Origin: Candidatus Aminicenantes bacterium
Lineage (GTDB): Bacteria; Acidobacteriota; Aminicenantia; Aminicenantales; Aminicenantaceae
DNA: 64,000 nt
Assembly (NCBI GenBank): GCA_016783445.1
Contig: JADHWO010000005.1
Location: forward strand, 1,707 to 65,706
Reading direction: 5' to 3'
The notes beneath the pieces are model-generated. The model was not told the origin of the DNA and did no database searches. It was given only the letters and a program-made list of their open reading frames with translations. The position numbers and the translations under genes were made by a program. Every line of letters begins with the position of its first letter. Position 1 is the stretch's first letter. Positions 30,381 to 39,710 of this stretch are shown here, in pieces.

Positions 30381-32459
30381 TTAATCAGTTTGATTTTCGC
30401 CTTCTACAACTACCTTCGAGTAATCTGCGACTTGACTTAAAAGCTTGCTAATAGCCTGGAGGAGAGCAAGCCGATTTCTCCTGATTCTCTTCTCATCAGT
30501 CATCACAAGCACATTGTCAAAAAAACTATTTATTGACGATTTTATCCTGAAAATAATTCTTTGAGCCTGGGAAAAATCCCCCTTGGAAATCAAAGGAAGA
30601 ACATTATTGTTTATAATACTATAAGTTGTATAAAGTTCCCTTTCTTCTTTTTCAACCAGCAGTTCTGAATTAATTTTATATAAAGGTTGGTCCCGCAGAA
30701 TATTGTTTACTCTCTTGTAGATGAGTATTAAAGGTTCAAAATGCGCGCTTTCCTTAAGGTTATCCAGCGCCTTCACCCTGAGGGAAGAATAATAGATGTT
30801 ATCAATACCCGTTGAAATGGCAGCATTGATCAAGTCGTAACGATATCCCTGCCTCTCATAAATGTAACGAAGCCGGTTTAAAAAGAATTCCAAACAATAA
30901 CTTTTAACTAAATCAACTGGCTCCCGAAGCTTCTCTCCGTAAACTGCCAGCACTTTATCTAAAAGACGCGAAAAAGAGAAGTGAAGTTTTTTATCAAGGA
31001 TTATTTTGCAAATACCATGAGCATTTCGACGTAAACCAAAGGGATCTTTAGAACTTGTCACTTTAACACCGACTCCTATTACACCTACAATAGAGTCCAG
31101 TTTATCAGCTATTGACAGAATGGACCCGGATATTAAGGACGGAGATTCATCATCAAGGCTTAAGGGTAAATAATGTTCATAGACTGCTTTCCAAACCGGA
31201 ACAGGATGCCCTTCTCCCCTGGCATAAAGCCCTCCTACTTTTCCCTGTAAAGAGGGAAACTCTCTTACCATCTCTGTAAGTAAATCAACCTTTGATATTT
31301 CTGCTGCTTGAATAACCTGTTTTTTTATCTTTTTAGCATCGATTTTGTCAGCCAGGTAAGAAACGATTTTCTTAAGTCTCTGGGATTTATCTTCATAGCT
31401 CCCCAGCTTCTCCTGAAAGATAATTTTGTCCAGGCCTTTCGCTCTTTTTTTTAAGGTAATTATTTGATCTTGTTTCCAGAAAAATTTGGCATCCTCCAGC
31501 CGGGCTTTAAGCACCCGCTCGTTCCCTTTTCTAATAAGTCCCTTAGGGTCCTGATAAGCGTCTGCCACTCCTAAAAATTTTGGCATTTGCTTTCTGTCTT
31601 TAACAATAGAGAACACTTTCTGGCCTTCTCTCATGGCCGTACTAAGGATTTCCAGAGGTAATTCCAGGTAATCTTCCGGAAAAGAGCCTAGAAAAACATA
31701 AGGACATTCAACGTCATAGACAAGTTTCTCAAAGAGGTCCTCATCCGGATGTCGTTTAGCCTCAAGAGGAGCTAATTCTCTTTCCATCTGATTTAAAATC
31801 ACCTTTCGTCTCTTTTCCTGATCGATGACGACATACATTTCTTCAAGGGCAGCTTTATACTCGCAGAACGATTTCACTCTGATTTTTTTGGGGAAATATA
31901 TCTTATGACCTGTAGTTGAATCCCCTGCCAAAACTCCGTTGACTGAAAAAGAAAGCGGTTTCCCGTCAAAACAACAGAGAATATTCTTTATAGGGCGGGA
32001 AAACCTAAATGAACTTTCCCCCCATCTCATCATTTTCGGAAAGGAAAGGGAAGAAATAATTTGAGGAAGAATTTTAGAGAGAATATTTTGAGTGGGTTTT
32101 CCTTTTTCGACTTTTCTTAATCCCAGATACTCTCCTCGTTCAGTTTTTAAAATCTCAAGCTCGCTGGTTTTTACTCTCTGAGACTTAGCAAATCCCTTCG
32201 CTGCAGGTGATGGAGACCCATCTGCTCCATAGGCAACAGCTTTAGGTGGGCCGACAATTCTCTCTTCTCTGTCCTTTTGAGCTGCAGCAAATTCGCCAAC
32301 AACAATCAATCGACGGCAGGTTCCATAGGTCTCAATTTTCTTTGCATCAACATCCTGAGCAGAAAGTTCTTCTTTAAATTTTTCCTTCAGCTGCAGAAGA
32401 GCTGTCTTCACATGTGTGGGAGGCATCTCTTCGGAGTTTATTTCCAAGATAAATTCCAT
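30381..32459 (-). CDS. glyS: Glycine--tRNA ligase beta subunit
   Basis: LEINSEEMP, GNERVLKARLEDAKFF, EMVREFPSLQG, SKDPFGLRR, RRNRLALL. Confidence 0.95.
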   Translation of the reverse strand: MEFILEINSEEMPPTHVKTALLQLKEKFKEELSAQDVDAKKIETYGTCRRLIVVGEFAAAQKDREERIVGPPKAVAYGADGSPSPAAKGFAKSQRVKTSELEILKTERGEYLGLRKVEKGKPTQNILSKILPQIISSLSFPKMMRWGESSFRFSRPIKNILCCFDGKPLSFSVNGVLAGDSTTGHKIYFPKKIRVKSFCEYKAALEEMYVVIDQEKRRKVILNQMERELAPLEAKRHPDEDLFEKLVYDVECPYVFLGSFPEDYLELPLEILSTAMREGQKVFSIVKDRKQMPKFLGVADAYQDPKGLIRKGNERVLKARLEDAKFFWKQDQIITLKKRAKGLDKIIFQEKLGSYEDKSQRLKKIVSYLADKIDAKKIKKQVIQAAEISKVDLLTEMVREFPSLQGKVGGLYARGEGHPVPVWKAVYEHYLPLSLDDESPSLISGSILSIADKLDSIVGVIGVGVKVTSSKDPFGLRRNAHGICKIILDKKLHFSFSRLLDKVLAVYGEKLREPVDLVKSYCLEFFLNRLRYIYERQGYRYDLINAAISTGIDNIYYSSLRVKALDNLKESAHFEPLILIYKRVNNILRDQPLYKINSELLVEKEERELYTTYSIINNNVLPLISKGDFSQAQRIIFRIKSSINSFFDNVLVMTDEKRIRRNRLALLQAISKLLSQVADYSKVVVEGENQTD

Positions 32460-33307
32460 CAGGATGAATCCTCTCTGGCTGTGTATTTTTGGGCGATCTG
32501 ACTGGCCATGCTTCTTATCTGGGCAATCATCTTGACTCTCTCCGTAACACTTATTGCCCCTCTGGAATCAAGAAGATTAAAGTAATGTGAACACTTCAAG
32601 CACATATCATATGCTGGAAGAAGCAAACCTTTATCGACAAGCTGTTGGGCTTCTTCCTCATTCGAAAGGAATGAAGCCCTGAGCCTCTTTATATTTGCAT
32701 GGTTAAAATTATATTCTGAGAATTCTTTCTCCTCAGAAAATCTTAAATCCTTATAGTTGACATCTTCTGACCAGTTGAGGTCATAGATGTTATCTTTCTC
32801 TTCAAGAAACATTTCTAACCTCTCCAGACCGTATGTTAATTCAACCGGCACAGGAGACAGGTCAATCCCACCAGCCTGCTGGAAATAAGTGAATTGAGTG
32901 ATTTCCAGCCCATCCAGTAAGACCTGCCAGCCTACACCCCAGGCTCCAATAGAGGGAGACTCCCAATCATCTTCGTCAAAACGAATATCATGCTCCTGTA
33001 GTTTGATACCCAATGAAGCAAGACTCTTAATATAGATCTGCTGAATATCCAGAGGGGATGGCTTTAATATAACCTGGTACTGGAAATGCTTCTGGACTCT
33101 GTGAGGATTTTCTCCATATCGACCATCTGTTGGCCTTCTTGATGGTTGAACATAAGCAACCTTCCATGGCCTTTTATCAAGAACTCTGAAAAACGTATCA
33201 GGAGTCATTGTCCCCGCACCAACCTCAAGGTCATAAGGTTGGGCAAGATAGCATCCCTGGTCTGCCCAGAACTTCTGGAGATTCATGATAAGGTTTTGTA
33301 AACTCAT
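32459..33307 (-). CDS. glyQ: Glycine--tRNA ligase alpha subunit
   Basis: VGAGTM, QPSRRPTDGRYGENP, EITQFTYFQQ, ELTYGLERL. Start set at ATG 33307 because the upstream extension is REP-derived. Confidence 0.95.
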   Translation of the reverse strand: MSLQNLIMNLQKFWADQGCYLAQPYDLEVGAGTMTPDTFFRVLDKRPWKVAYVQPSRRPTDGRYGENPHRVQKHFQYQVILKPSPLDIQQIYIKSLASLGIKLQEHDIRFDEDDWESPSIGAWGVGWQVLLDGLEITQFTYFQQAGGIDLSPVPVELTYGLERLEMFLEEKDNIYDLNWSEDVNYKDLRFSEEKEFSEYNFNHANIKRLRASFLSNEEEAQQLVDKGLLLPAYDMCLKCSHYFNLLDSRGAISVTERVKMIAQIRSMASQIAQKYTAREDSS

Positions 33308-33317
33308 TTTATAATCT

Positions 33318-33415
33318 GTAGGGGTTTGATTTATCAAACTCACCTTCTAGTCTGTAGGGGTTTGATTTATCAAACCCATCTTTCATAATTTGTAGGGGCT
33401 TGATTCATCAAGCCC
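33318..33415 (+). repeat. Cluster of three GTAG-type REP-like palindromes
   Basis: GTAG+GGGTTTGAT-TT-ATCAAAC(T/C)C at 33318 and 33354; GTAG+GGGCTTGAT-TC-ATCAAGCCC at 33392. Confidence 0.8.
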
Positions 33416-33439
33416 GTCTCCATTTATTTGACTGCGCAT

Positions 33440-34888
33440 TTATTTTTTCTCGACCCATCTCAAAACAGGAGAACGCGCAGCGCTTGTCTCGTCCAAACGT
33501 CTAACATAGGAAGAGTGCGGAGCAGACTTTACAATCTCAGGATTCTCCTTTGCTTCCTTTGAAATTTGTTTCATAGCATCAATAAAAAGATCTAGGTCTC
33601 TCTTGCTTTCAGTCTCAGTTGGCTCAGTCATCAAAGCTCCCTGAACAATCAAAGGAAAAGACATTGTTGGAGGATGTACTCCAAAATCAATAAGCCTTTT
33701 GGCTATATCAATATTCTGCACACCATGTTTTTTCTGAAATTTATCTGAAAAAACACACTCATGAAGAGTTGGTGTAGTATATTTCAGAAAATAATCTTTC
33801 TCAAGACTCTTGCGAACATAATTAGAATTCAAAACTGCAATCTCTGACACTTCCTTTAATCCCCTCGGTCCTAAGGATAATATATAAACCATGGCTTTTA
33901 CAACAACTAAAAAATTCCCAAAGAAGCTCCGGACTCTTCCGATACTTTTTGGACGGTCAAAATCGAGAATATATTTATCCTCACTCTTTTTTATAGTTGG
34001 GAGAGGAAGATATGGCTCCAATTCGCGCTTCACTCCAACCGGACCAGAGCCAGGGCCACCACCACCGTGAGGTGTGGAAAAAGTTTTATGCAGATTCAGA
34101 TGGATCACATCAACATCCATATCTCCAGGCCTGCAGATCCCAACTAAGGCGTTCATGTTGGCTCCATCCATATAGACAAAGCCTCCTTTGGCATGGACGA
34201 TTTCGGATATTTTTTTTATATCAGCTTCAAAAACTCCTAATGTATTTGGATTCGTAATCATCAATGCAGCTACATCTTCTGTCATATTCTGTTCAAGACT
34301 CGAAATATCTATTGTTCCCTTCTCATTGGACTCTATTTCTTGAATATTATAACCGCAGATATGAGCGCTTGAAGGATTGGTCCCATGGGCCGAATCCGGA
34401 ATAAGCACAATCTTTCTCGGGTTCCCCCTTTCTTCAAGATAAGCACGGATAAGCATCATTCCAACCAGCTCACCCTGAGCGCCTGCTGCAGGTAAAAAAC
34501 TAAAGGCATCCATCCCTGTTATTTCATTCATAAGCTCTTCTGTTGTTTTTAGAATTCCGAGATTCCCCTGCACTAAATCAAAAGGAGCATAAGGATGCGA
34601 AAGGACAAATTCTGAGATAGCTGCTATTTTTTCATTTATCTTGGGATTGTATTTCATAGTGCAAGAGCCCAAAGGATAAAATCCTTCATCAACACAGTAA
34701 TTTGCCTTAGAAAGCCGGGTAAAATGCCTGATTATCTCTACTTCTGAGACCTGAGGGAAACCTTCTATGTTTTCTCTTACAGGGAGGCCTTGAAGAATAT
34801 CTTCTCTGGAAGGGACATCAAGCTCGGGCAGCGAAAAAGCCCTCTTCCCTTTCCCGCTTATCTCAAATATTAAAGGTTCACGAATCAT
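33440..34888 (-). CDS. gcvPB: Glycine dehydrogenase (decarboxylating) subunit 2
   Basis: PLGSCTMKYNP, SAHGTNP, HLNLHKTFSTPHGGGGPG. Confidence 0.95.
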   Translation of the reverse strand: MIREPLIFEISGKGKRAFSLPELDVPSREDILQGLPVRENIEGFPQVSEVEIIRHFTRLSKANYCVDEGFYPLGSCTMKYNPKINEKIAAISEFVLSHPYAPFDLVQGNLGILKTTEELMNEITGMDAFSFLPAAGAQGELVGMMLIRAYLEERGNPRKIVLIPDSAHGTNPSSAHICGYNIQEIESNEKGTIDISSLEQNMTEDVAALMITNPNTLGVFEADIKKISEIVHAKGGFVYMDGANMNALVGICRPGDMDVDVIHLNLHKTFSTPHGGGGPGSGPVGVKRELEPYLPLPTIKKSEDKYILDFDRPKSIGRVRSFFGNFLVVVKAMVYILSLGPRGLKEVSEIAVLNSNYVRKSLEKDYFLKYTTPTLHECVFSDKFQKKHGVQNIDIAKRLIDFGVHPPTMSFPLIVQGALMTEPTETESKRDLDLFIDAMKQISKEAKENPEIVKSAPHSSYVRRLDETSAARSPVLRWVEKK

Positions 34889-34889
34889 T

Positions 34890-36239
34890 TTACTCTTTTA
34901 ACGCCTCTTCCAGACTCTTTACGAGCCTATCGATCTCTTCTCTTTTAAACATTTCAGTCACACACAAAAGAGAACAATTCTCTAGCTCTGGATAGAATTC
35001 ACGAAGGTACAAGCCACCAAGAATCCCCTTTTCCCTGAGAGAGCTCTCAACTTTGGGCAAGCTTCCCGAAAACTCGATAACAAACTCATTAAAAAAATTG
35101 CCATGGAATTTGCGTTTTATTCCCTCCACCTGGGTTAGTTTTTCCAGGGCATAATTGGCCTTCTGAATATTCTGCCAGGCAAGCTCTTTTAATCCATCCA
35201 GGCCAAGAGTCTCAAGGAAAATGGTAGCTCTCAGCGCACATAAGGCTTGGTTAGTGCATATGTTTGAAGTTGCCCGTTCCCGTCTTATATGTTGTTCCCG
35301 GGTAGATAAAGTAAGAACAAATCCTCTTTTTCCATCCACATCCTTTGTCTCACCAGCAATGCGGCCCGGGAACTGGCGAATAAACTCCTTTAAGCAAGCC
35401 ATAAAGCCCAAATAGGGTCCACCAAAGCTTAGCGGGATGCCAAAAGACTGGCCTTCCCCGGTTACTATATCAGCCCCCAGCTTACCCGGAGCTTCCAGTA
35501 GCCCAAGGGAAACAGGCTCTGTAACCACAACTACGGATAAAGCCTTAGTAGAGTGAGCCAGGTCAGAAATCTTTTTTATATCTTCAACAACTCCTAAAAA
35601 ATTGGGTGACTGACAGACAACAGCTGACGTTCCTTCATCCATCTTACTGCTCAGACTTTCGAAATCTATCTCTCCTGTTTCTGAAAATCCGAACTCTTCA
35701 ATCTTTATATCAAGATTTCTTACGTAAGTCTTAATGGTTTTCCTGTATTGAGGGTGTAGAGTTTTGGCTATCAAGACATTGGATTTTTGTTTCAAGCGAT
35801 GGGCCATCAGCACTGCCTCAGCCGCTGCAGAAGCCCCGTCATAAAGAGAAGCATTTGCCACATCCATGCCTGTCAATAAACAGATGAGAGTCTGAAATTC
35901 AAAAATAGCCTGAAGGGTTCCCTGACTGACCTCAGGCTGGTAGGGAGTATAGGGAGTAACAAATTCTCCTCTTGAGCTTAAATAATCTACAACATAGGGA
36001 ATCACATGGGGATAAGCTCCTGCTCCTAAAAATGAAAGGAATTCTGAATACTTATTCTGTTTTGCAATTTTCTCAAAATGATGAATCAGTTCAATCTCAG
36101 TTAAAGCAGAAGGAACTTTAAGCTCTCTTTTTAACTTCATTCCTTCCGGTATTGTGCGAAAAAGCTCCTCCATAGAAGAGATGCCCACACGTGACATCAT
36201 CTCTTTTTTGTCTTTATCACTCAGAGAAGTATAACTCAC
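34890..36239 (-). CDS. gcvPA: Glycine dehydrogenase (decarboxylating) subunit 1
   Basis: YTPYQPEVSQG, NASLYDG, TREQHIRRERATSNICTNQ. Confidence 0.95.
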   Translation of the reverse strand: MSYTSLSDKDKKEMMSRVGISSMEELFRTIPEGMKLKRELKVPSALTEIELIHHFEKIAKQNKYSEFLSFLGAGAYPHVIPYVVDYLSSRGEFVTPYTPYQPEVSQGTLQAIFEFQTLICLLTGMDVANASLYDGASAAAEAVLMAHRLKQKSNVLIAKTLHPQYRKTIKTYVRNLDIKIEEFGFSETGEIDFESLSSKMDEGTSAVVCQSPNFLGVVEDIKKISDLAHSTKALSVVVVTEPVSLGLLEAPGKLGADIVTGEGQSFGIPLSFGGPYLGFMACLKEFIRQFPGRIAGETKDVDGKRGFVLTLSTREQHIRRERATSNICTNQALCALRATIFLETLGLDGLKELAWQNIQKANYALEKLTQVEGIKRKFHGNFFNEFVIEFSGSLPKVESSLREKGILGGLYLREFYPELENCSLLCVTEMFKREEIDRLVKSLEEALKE

Positions 36240-36286
36240 TGTGTAATTATTCCTTATTCCAAATCAATTCAATTGAGTCAAACAGA

Positions 36287-36673
36287 TTACTCTTCGATTC
36301 CTTCTAAAAATTTCTCATAATCATCCGCTGACATTAACTTTTCAAACTCAGTCTCATCTCCTATCTTGAGACGTATAAACCAGCCTTTCCCATGGGGATC
36401 TTGATTGACAAGCTCGGGGGAATCATTTAAATCAGTGTTCACTTCAATAACTTCTCCGGAAACTGGAGAGTAAATATCAGAAACGGCCTTAACAGATTCA
36501 ATAACGCCTATAGACTGATGAAATTCCAATTGAGTTCCGACTTTCGGCATCTCAACATAAACTACATCTCCAAGCTGTTTTTGAGCAAAATCTGTAATCC
36601 CAACCGTTGCTTTATCCTCCTTCACCTGAATCCACTCATGGTCTTTTGTGTAGTAAAAATCATCCGGATACAT
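36287..36673 (-). CDS. gcvH: Glycine cleavage system H protein
   Basis: HEW, GITDFAQ, lipoyl-Lys motif ESVKAVSD. Confidence 0.95.
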   Translation of the reverse strand: MYPDDFYYTKDHEWIQVKEDKATVGITDFAQKQLGDVVYVEMPKVGTQLEFHQSIGVIESVKAVSDIYSPVSGEVIEVNTDLNDSPELVNQDPHGKGWFIRLKIGDETEFEKLMSADDYEKFLEGIEE

Positions 36674-36691
36674 ATCTTGCCTCCAATTATT

Positions 36692-36785
36692 ATAGGGACT
36701 TGATTGATCAAATCCGCCATCTAATTTGTAGGGGTTTGACTTATTAAACCCGTATTAATGTGCAGGGGCTTGATTTATCAATCCC
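36692..36785 (+). repeat. Second cluster of three REP-like palindromes (same family as 33318-33415)
   Basis: ATAG-GGACTTGAT-TG-ATCAAATCC, GTAG-GGGTTTGAC-TT-ATTAAACCC, GCAG-GGGCTTGAT-TT-ATCAATCCC. Confidence 0.75.
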
Positions 36786-36944
36786 ATTATTACGTGGCTA
36801 CTTTTCAATATAACATGATTATTTGTCAAAACAAGTTGTGAGATTGCCGCGTTCCATCTTGTCACTCGTTATGACATTCAACTAATGCTCCTCGCCATGA
36901 TATTTTTTCATCTTGTCTTTCTATTATTTTGAACTAATTGAGTT

Positions 36945-38033
36945 TTATTCTCCTCTCTTATAAAAAGGCGTAGGAACAACTCGGGCTTTGGCCCTTTTGC
37001 CTCTAATTCCAATCTCAAATTCTGACCCAACTTCAATATATTCAATGGGAAGATAGGTTAGCCCGATACTCTTTTCTAAAGAAGGAGAAAAAGTACCTGA
37101 AGTTACTTCAGATACTTCGCTATTTTCTATAAAGACAGGATAATGAGGTCGGGCTATACCTCTCTCTATAATCTCAAATCCAACAATTTTTCTCTTTATA
37201 CCCTCTTCTTTCTGCTGAAGAAGAGCTTCCCGCCCTAAAAACTCTCCTTTTTCAAACTTCACAAGCCAACCCAGACCTGCTTCCAGGACTGTAGTTGTCT
37301 CATCAATATCATTTCCATAAAGCATAAGTCTGGCTTCTAAACGGAGCGTATCACGAGCGCCCAATCCCACGGGAAGAAGCCCATAGTTTTTTCCTCTTTC
37401 CAAAATGGTTTCCCAAATTTTTTCAGGCTGGGAAGAAAGAGTATAGATCTCAGCTCCATCCTCTCCTGTATAACCTGTGCGTGAGACCAGTACTTCCTCT
37501 CCCTCTATTTTACCCCAACCTGACCCGAATGGACTCATCTCCTTTAAATTAATTTCAATTAGTGGCTGAAGAATTTCCAGAGCTCTGGGACCCTGAATAG
37601 CAAGCTGGGTATAGTCTTCACTCTTGTTTTCCACCTCAACATCAAATCCTTCTCTATGAATAAAAATCCACTCAAAATCCTTATCAGAATTAGAAGCATT
37701 AACCACCAGCAGATATCTCTCAGGATTCAAACAGTAGACCAAAAGGTCATCAATAAAAGTTCCCTGAGGTGTTGTTAAAGCTGAATACTGCGCTTTTTTC
37801 GGCGTCAAACGAGCAGCATCATTGGGAGTCAAATACTGTATAAAATCTAGAGCTTGTCTTCCCCGAATGAGGATTTCTCCCATGTGACTTACATCAAAAA
37901 GCCCGGCTTTCTCGCGGACAGCCAAATGCTCATTTATAATACCGCTAAACTCGACCGGCATCTCCCAGTCGAAAAATTCAATCATTTTACCACCAAGTTT
38001 TTTGTGGGAGGAATTAAGGCGAGTTTTTTTCAC
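36945..38033 (-). CDS. gcvT: Aminomethyltransferase (glycine cleavage T protein)
   Basis: GLFDVSHMGE, SRTGYTGEDG, GLGARDTLRLEA. Confidence 0.95.
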   Translation of the reverse strand: MKKTRLNSSHKKLGGKMIEFFDWEMPVEFSGIINEHLAVREKAGLFDVSHMGEILIRGRQALDFIQYLTPNDAARLTPKKAQYSALTTPQGTFIDDLLVYCLNPERYLLVVNASNSDKDFEWIFIHREGFDVEVENKSEDYTQLAIQGPRALEILQPLIEINLKEMSPFGSGWGKIEGEEVLVSRTGYTGEDGAEIYTLSSQPEKIWETILERGKNYGLLPVGLGARDTLRLEARLMLYGNDIDETTTVLEAGLGWLVKFEKGEFLGREALLQQKEEGIKRKIVGFEIIERGIARPHYPVFIENSEVSEVTSGTFSPSLEKSIGLTYLPIEYIEVGSEFEIGIRGKRAKARVVPTPFYKRGE

Positions 38034-38065
38034 TATCTTTCTTCTTTGAAATTAATTTACTACCA

Positions 38066-38196
38066 TATAATTTTTCCTGATGCAAGAAAAATCGTCTGAA
38101 GCCTTGTTCATACATACAAATCTGCTATAATTAAAAACCAATCATGCTTAAATTAAAAACTTTCTTAAAAGAAAAAATATATAAGAGCTTAAAAAA
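38066..38196 (+). repeat. Left 131-bp direct repeat (argS promoter + first 17 codons)
   Basis: Identical by eye to 48942-49072. Confidence 0.92.
38104..38131 (+). promoter_or_regulatory. Duplicated argS promoter (copy facing the island ATPase)
   Basis: TTGTTC-16 bp-TATAAT with extended TG (TGCTATAAT). Confidence 0.6.
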
Positions 38197-38209
38197 TATT
38201 CTTTTTTGA
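38144..38209 (+). pseudogene. argS 5' fragment (21-codon mini-ORF MLKLKTFLKEKIYKSLKNILF)
   Basis: First 17 codons identical to argS, then 4 unrelated codons and TGA 38207-38209. Confidence 0.75.
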
Positions 38210-39696
38210 GCGAAAATTATATGGAAATTAAAGAAAGAAAAGAATTAGAAGTTGTTGTCGATAAAAGACATGTTGTTTCTATTGGCGAACGCCTCTATAC
38301 AGAAAGCGTTGAGCTACTCAGAGAACTTGTCAACAATGCCTATGATGCAGATGCAACTAAAGTCTATGTTGACATTACACCAGAAAGTATAGTTATCAAA
38401 GATAACGGTTCAGGTATGGATATTGATGGATTAAAACAATATTTCATCATTGGTTCTGATGAAAAAGTCATCCATTCTCGCTCTCCAAAATTCGGAAGAG
38501 CCAGAATAGGACAATTTGGTATCGGAAAATTTGCCTCTCTGGCTGCTGCTTCTCGTTTTGAGGTAATCACTCAAAATAAAAATTTTGCTGCACGAGTTGT
38601 TTTTGACAAAAAAGCCTGGGAGAAAGCCAAAGGCAGATGGTATCTTCCACTAGAAATTCTTGAACCTGAGCTTAAAAGAGGAGACGGGACGACTGTCATT
38701 CTTTCTGAACTTTCTAAATCATTTGCTACTGATGAAGTCGAAAAAAAATTGATAGAAGGCGCTCCTCTTAAAGCCCCTGATTTCACCGTTTATTTGAATA
38801 ATCGTCGTCTCCTGCCAAGAAGCCTAATTGGACAGAGAATCCCTGTTTTAGAAGGTTGTAAATACGGTCTTGTATCAGGTGAGGTTGTTATAACTCCCAG
38901 CTCAATGGCTTCATTAAAAGATCTGGGAATAGATATTAAAGTGAAAGGGGCAACCATAAAAAGGGATCTCTTCGGAATGGAAACTTGGGGAAAGATTGTA
39001 GCCAGAATAAGAGGAGAAATTGGTGTAGATTTTCTTCCCATTACAAGCGACCGCTCCAACTTCGTTACTGATTCAGACGAATACCAAGAATTCCTTAAAA
39101 TTATGAAAAAGATTATAGATATTATTAAAAAAACTTTAGGAAAGGAAGCAGACCGTAGAGAAGACCAAAGAGCCAGCCGCGCAGTTAAAGAAGCCTTAGA
39201 CAGAATCCATAAATCTCTTGCTAAAAATCCAGAATTATCTCCCTTTGGCCCGATTCCTTATGGCGATGAAGAAAGCGTTGGCAGTGGAGCCGTGGCTGAA
39301 AGCACAAAGAGAAAAGGTGAAAATGAATCTGAACTCAGACCGATAATGGAAGGGGTCAAAAAGAAGCCGAAAATAAAAAAGAAACGCCATCCTCTTGTAA
39401 AGAGAATTACTCCTAATGCCATTGTTCGCAGGATGAGGATGGGAGACAGTAGTGTCTCTGTTTGCCTTGATTTTTTTGGTGAATCAGGGCCTGAATGTTT
39501 TTCAGAAGGCAATATTATCTACATCAACCGCGACCATCCTTTATTCAAAAGAGAATCCCGAAAAGCTGTTACTTACACAATGTACATAGCTCGTCTTTTA
39601 ACTCAAGAGATTTCCCTAATGAAAGAAACTCGAAGCCCTCGCCTTGCTTTCAGCCGCCAGAGCAAACTCCTTAAAGACGCTTTTGCTGAAGAATAA
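38206..39696 (+). CDS. GHKL (HATPase_c/MORC-like) ATPase
   Basis: Bergerat motifs ELVNNAYDADA, DNGSGM, GQFGIGK, GTTV. Start is TTG 38206 or ATG 38221. Confidence 0.82.
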   Translation: MSENYMEIKERKELEVVVDKRHVVSIGERLYTESVELLRELVNNAYDADATKVYVDITPESIVIKDNGSGMDIDGLKQYFIIGSDEKVIHSRSPKFGRARIGQFGIGKFASLAAASRFEVITQNKNFAARVVFDKKAWEKAKGRWYLPLEILEPELKRGDGTTVILSELSKSFATDEVEKKLIEGAPLKAPDFTVYLNNRRLLPRSLIGQRIPVLEGCKYGLVSGEVVITPSSMASLKDLGIDIKVKGATIKRDLFGMETWGKIVARIRGEIGVDFLPITSDRSNFVTDSDEYQEFLKIMKKIIDIIKKTLGKEADRREDQRASRAVKEALDRIHKSLAKNPELSPFGPIPYGDEESVGSGAVAESTKRKGENESELRPIMEGVKKKPKIKKKRHPLVKRITPNAIVRRMRMGDSSVSVCLDFFGESGPECFSEGNIIYINRDHPLFKRESRKAVTYTMYIARLLTQEISLMKETRSPRLAFSRQSKLLKDAFAEE

Positions 39697-39710
39697 GAAG
39701 TGAAATGATA

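Noticed and set aside
33308-33343. 12-aa N-terminal extension of GlyQ
   Set aside because: Derived from the REP palindrome; the downstream ATG 33307 matches typical GlyQ starts
33318-33415. REP trimers (also 36692-36785) as a mini CRISPR array
   Set aside because: Spacers are only ~10-14 bp, the units are degenerate, and there are no cas genes or leader
38034-38100. Glycine riboswitch upstream of gcvT
   Set aside because: No aptamer motifs visible and too little space before the divergent argS-type promoter
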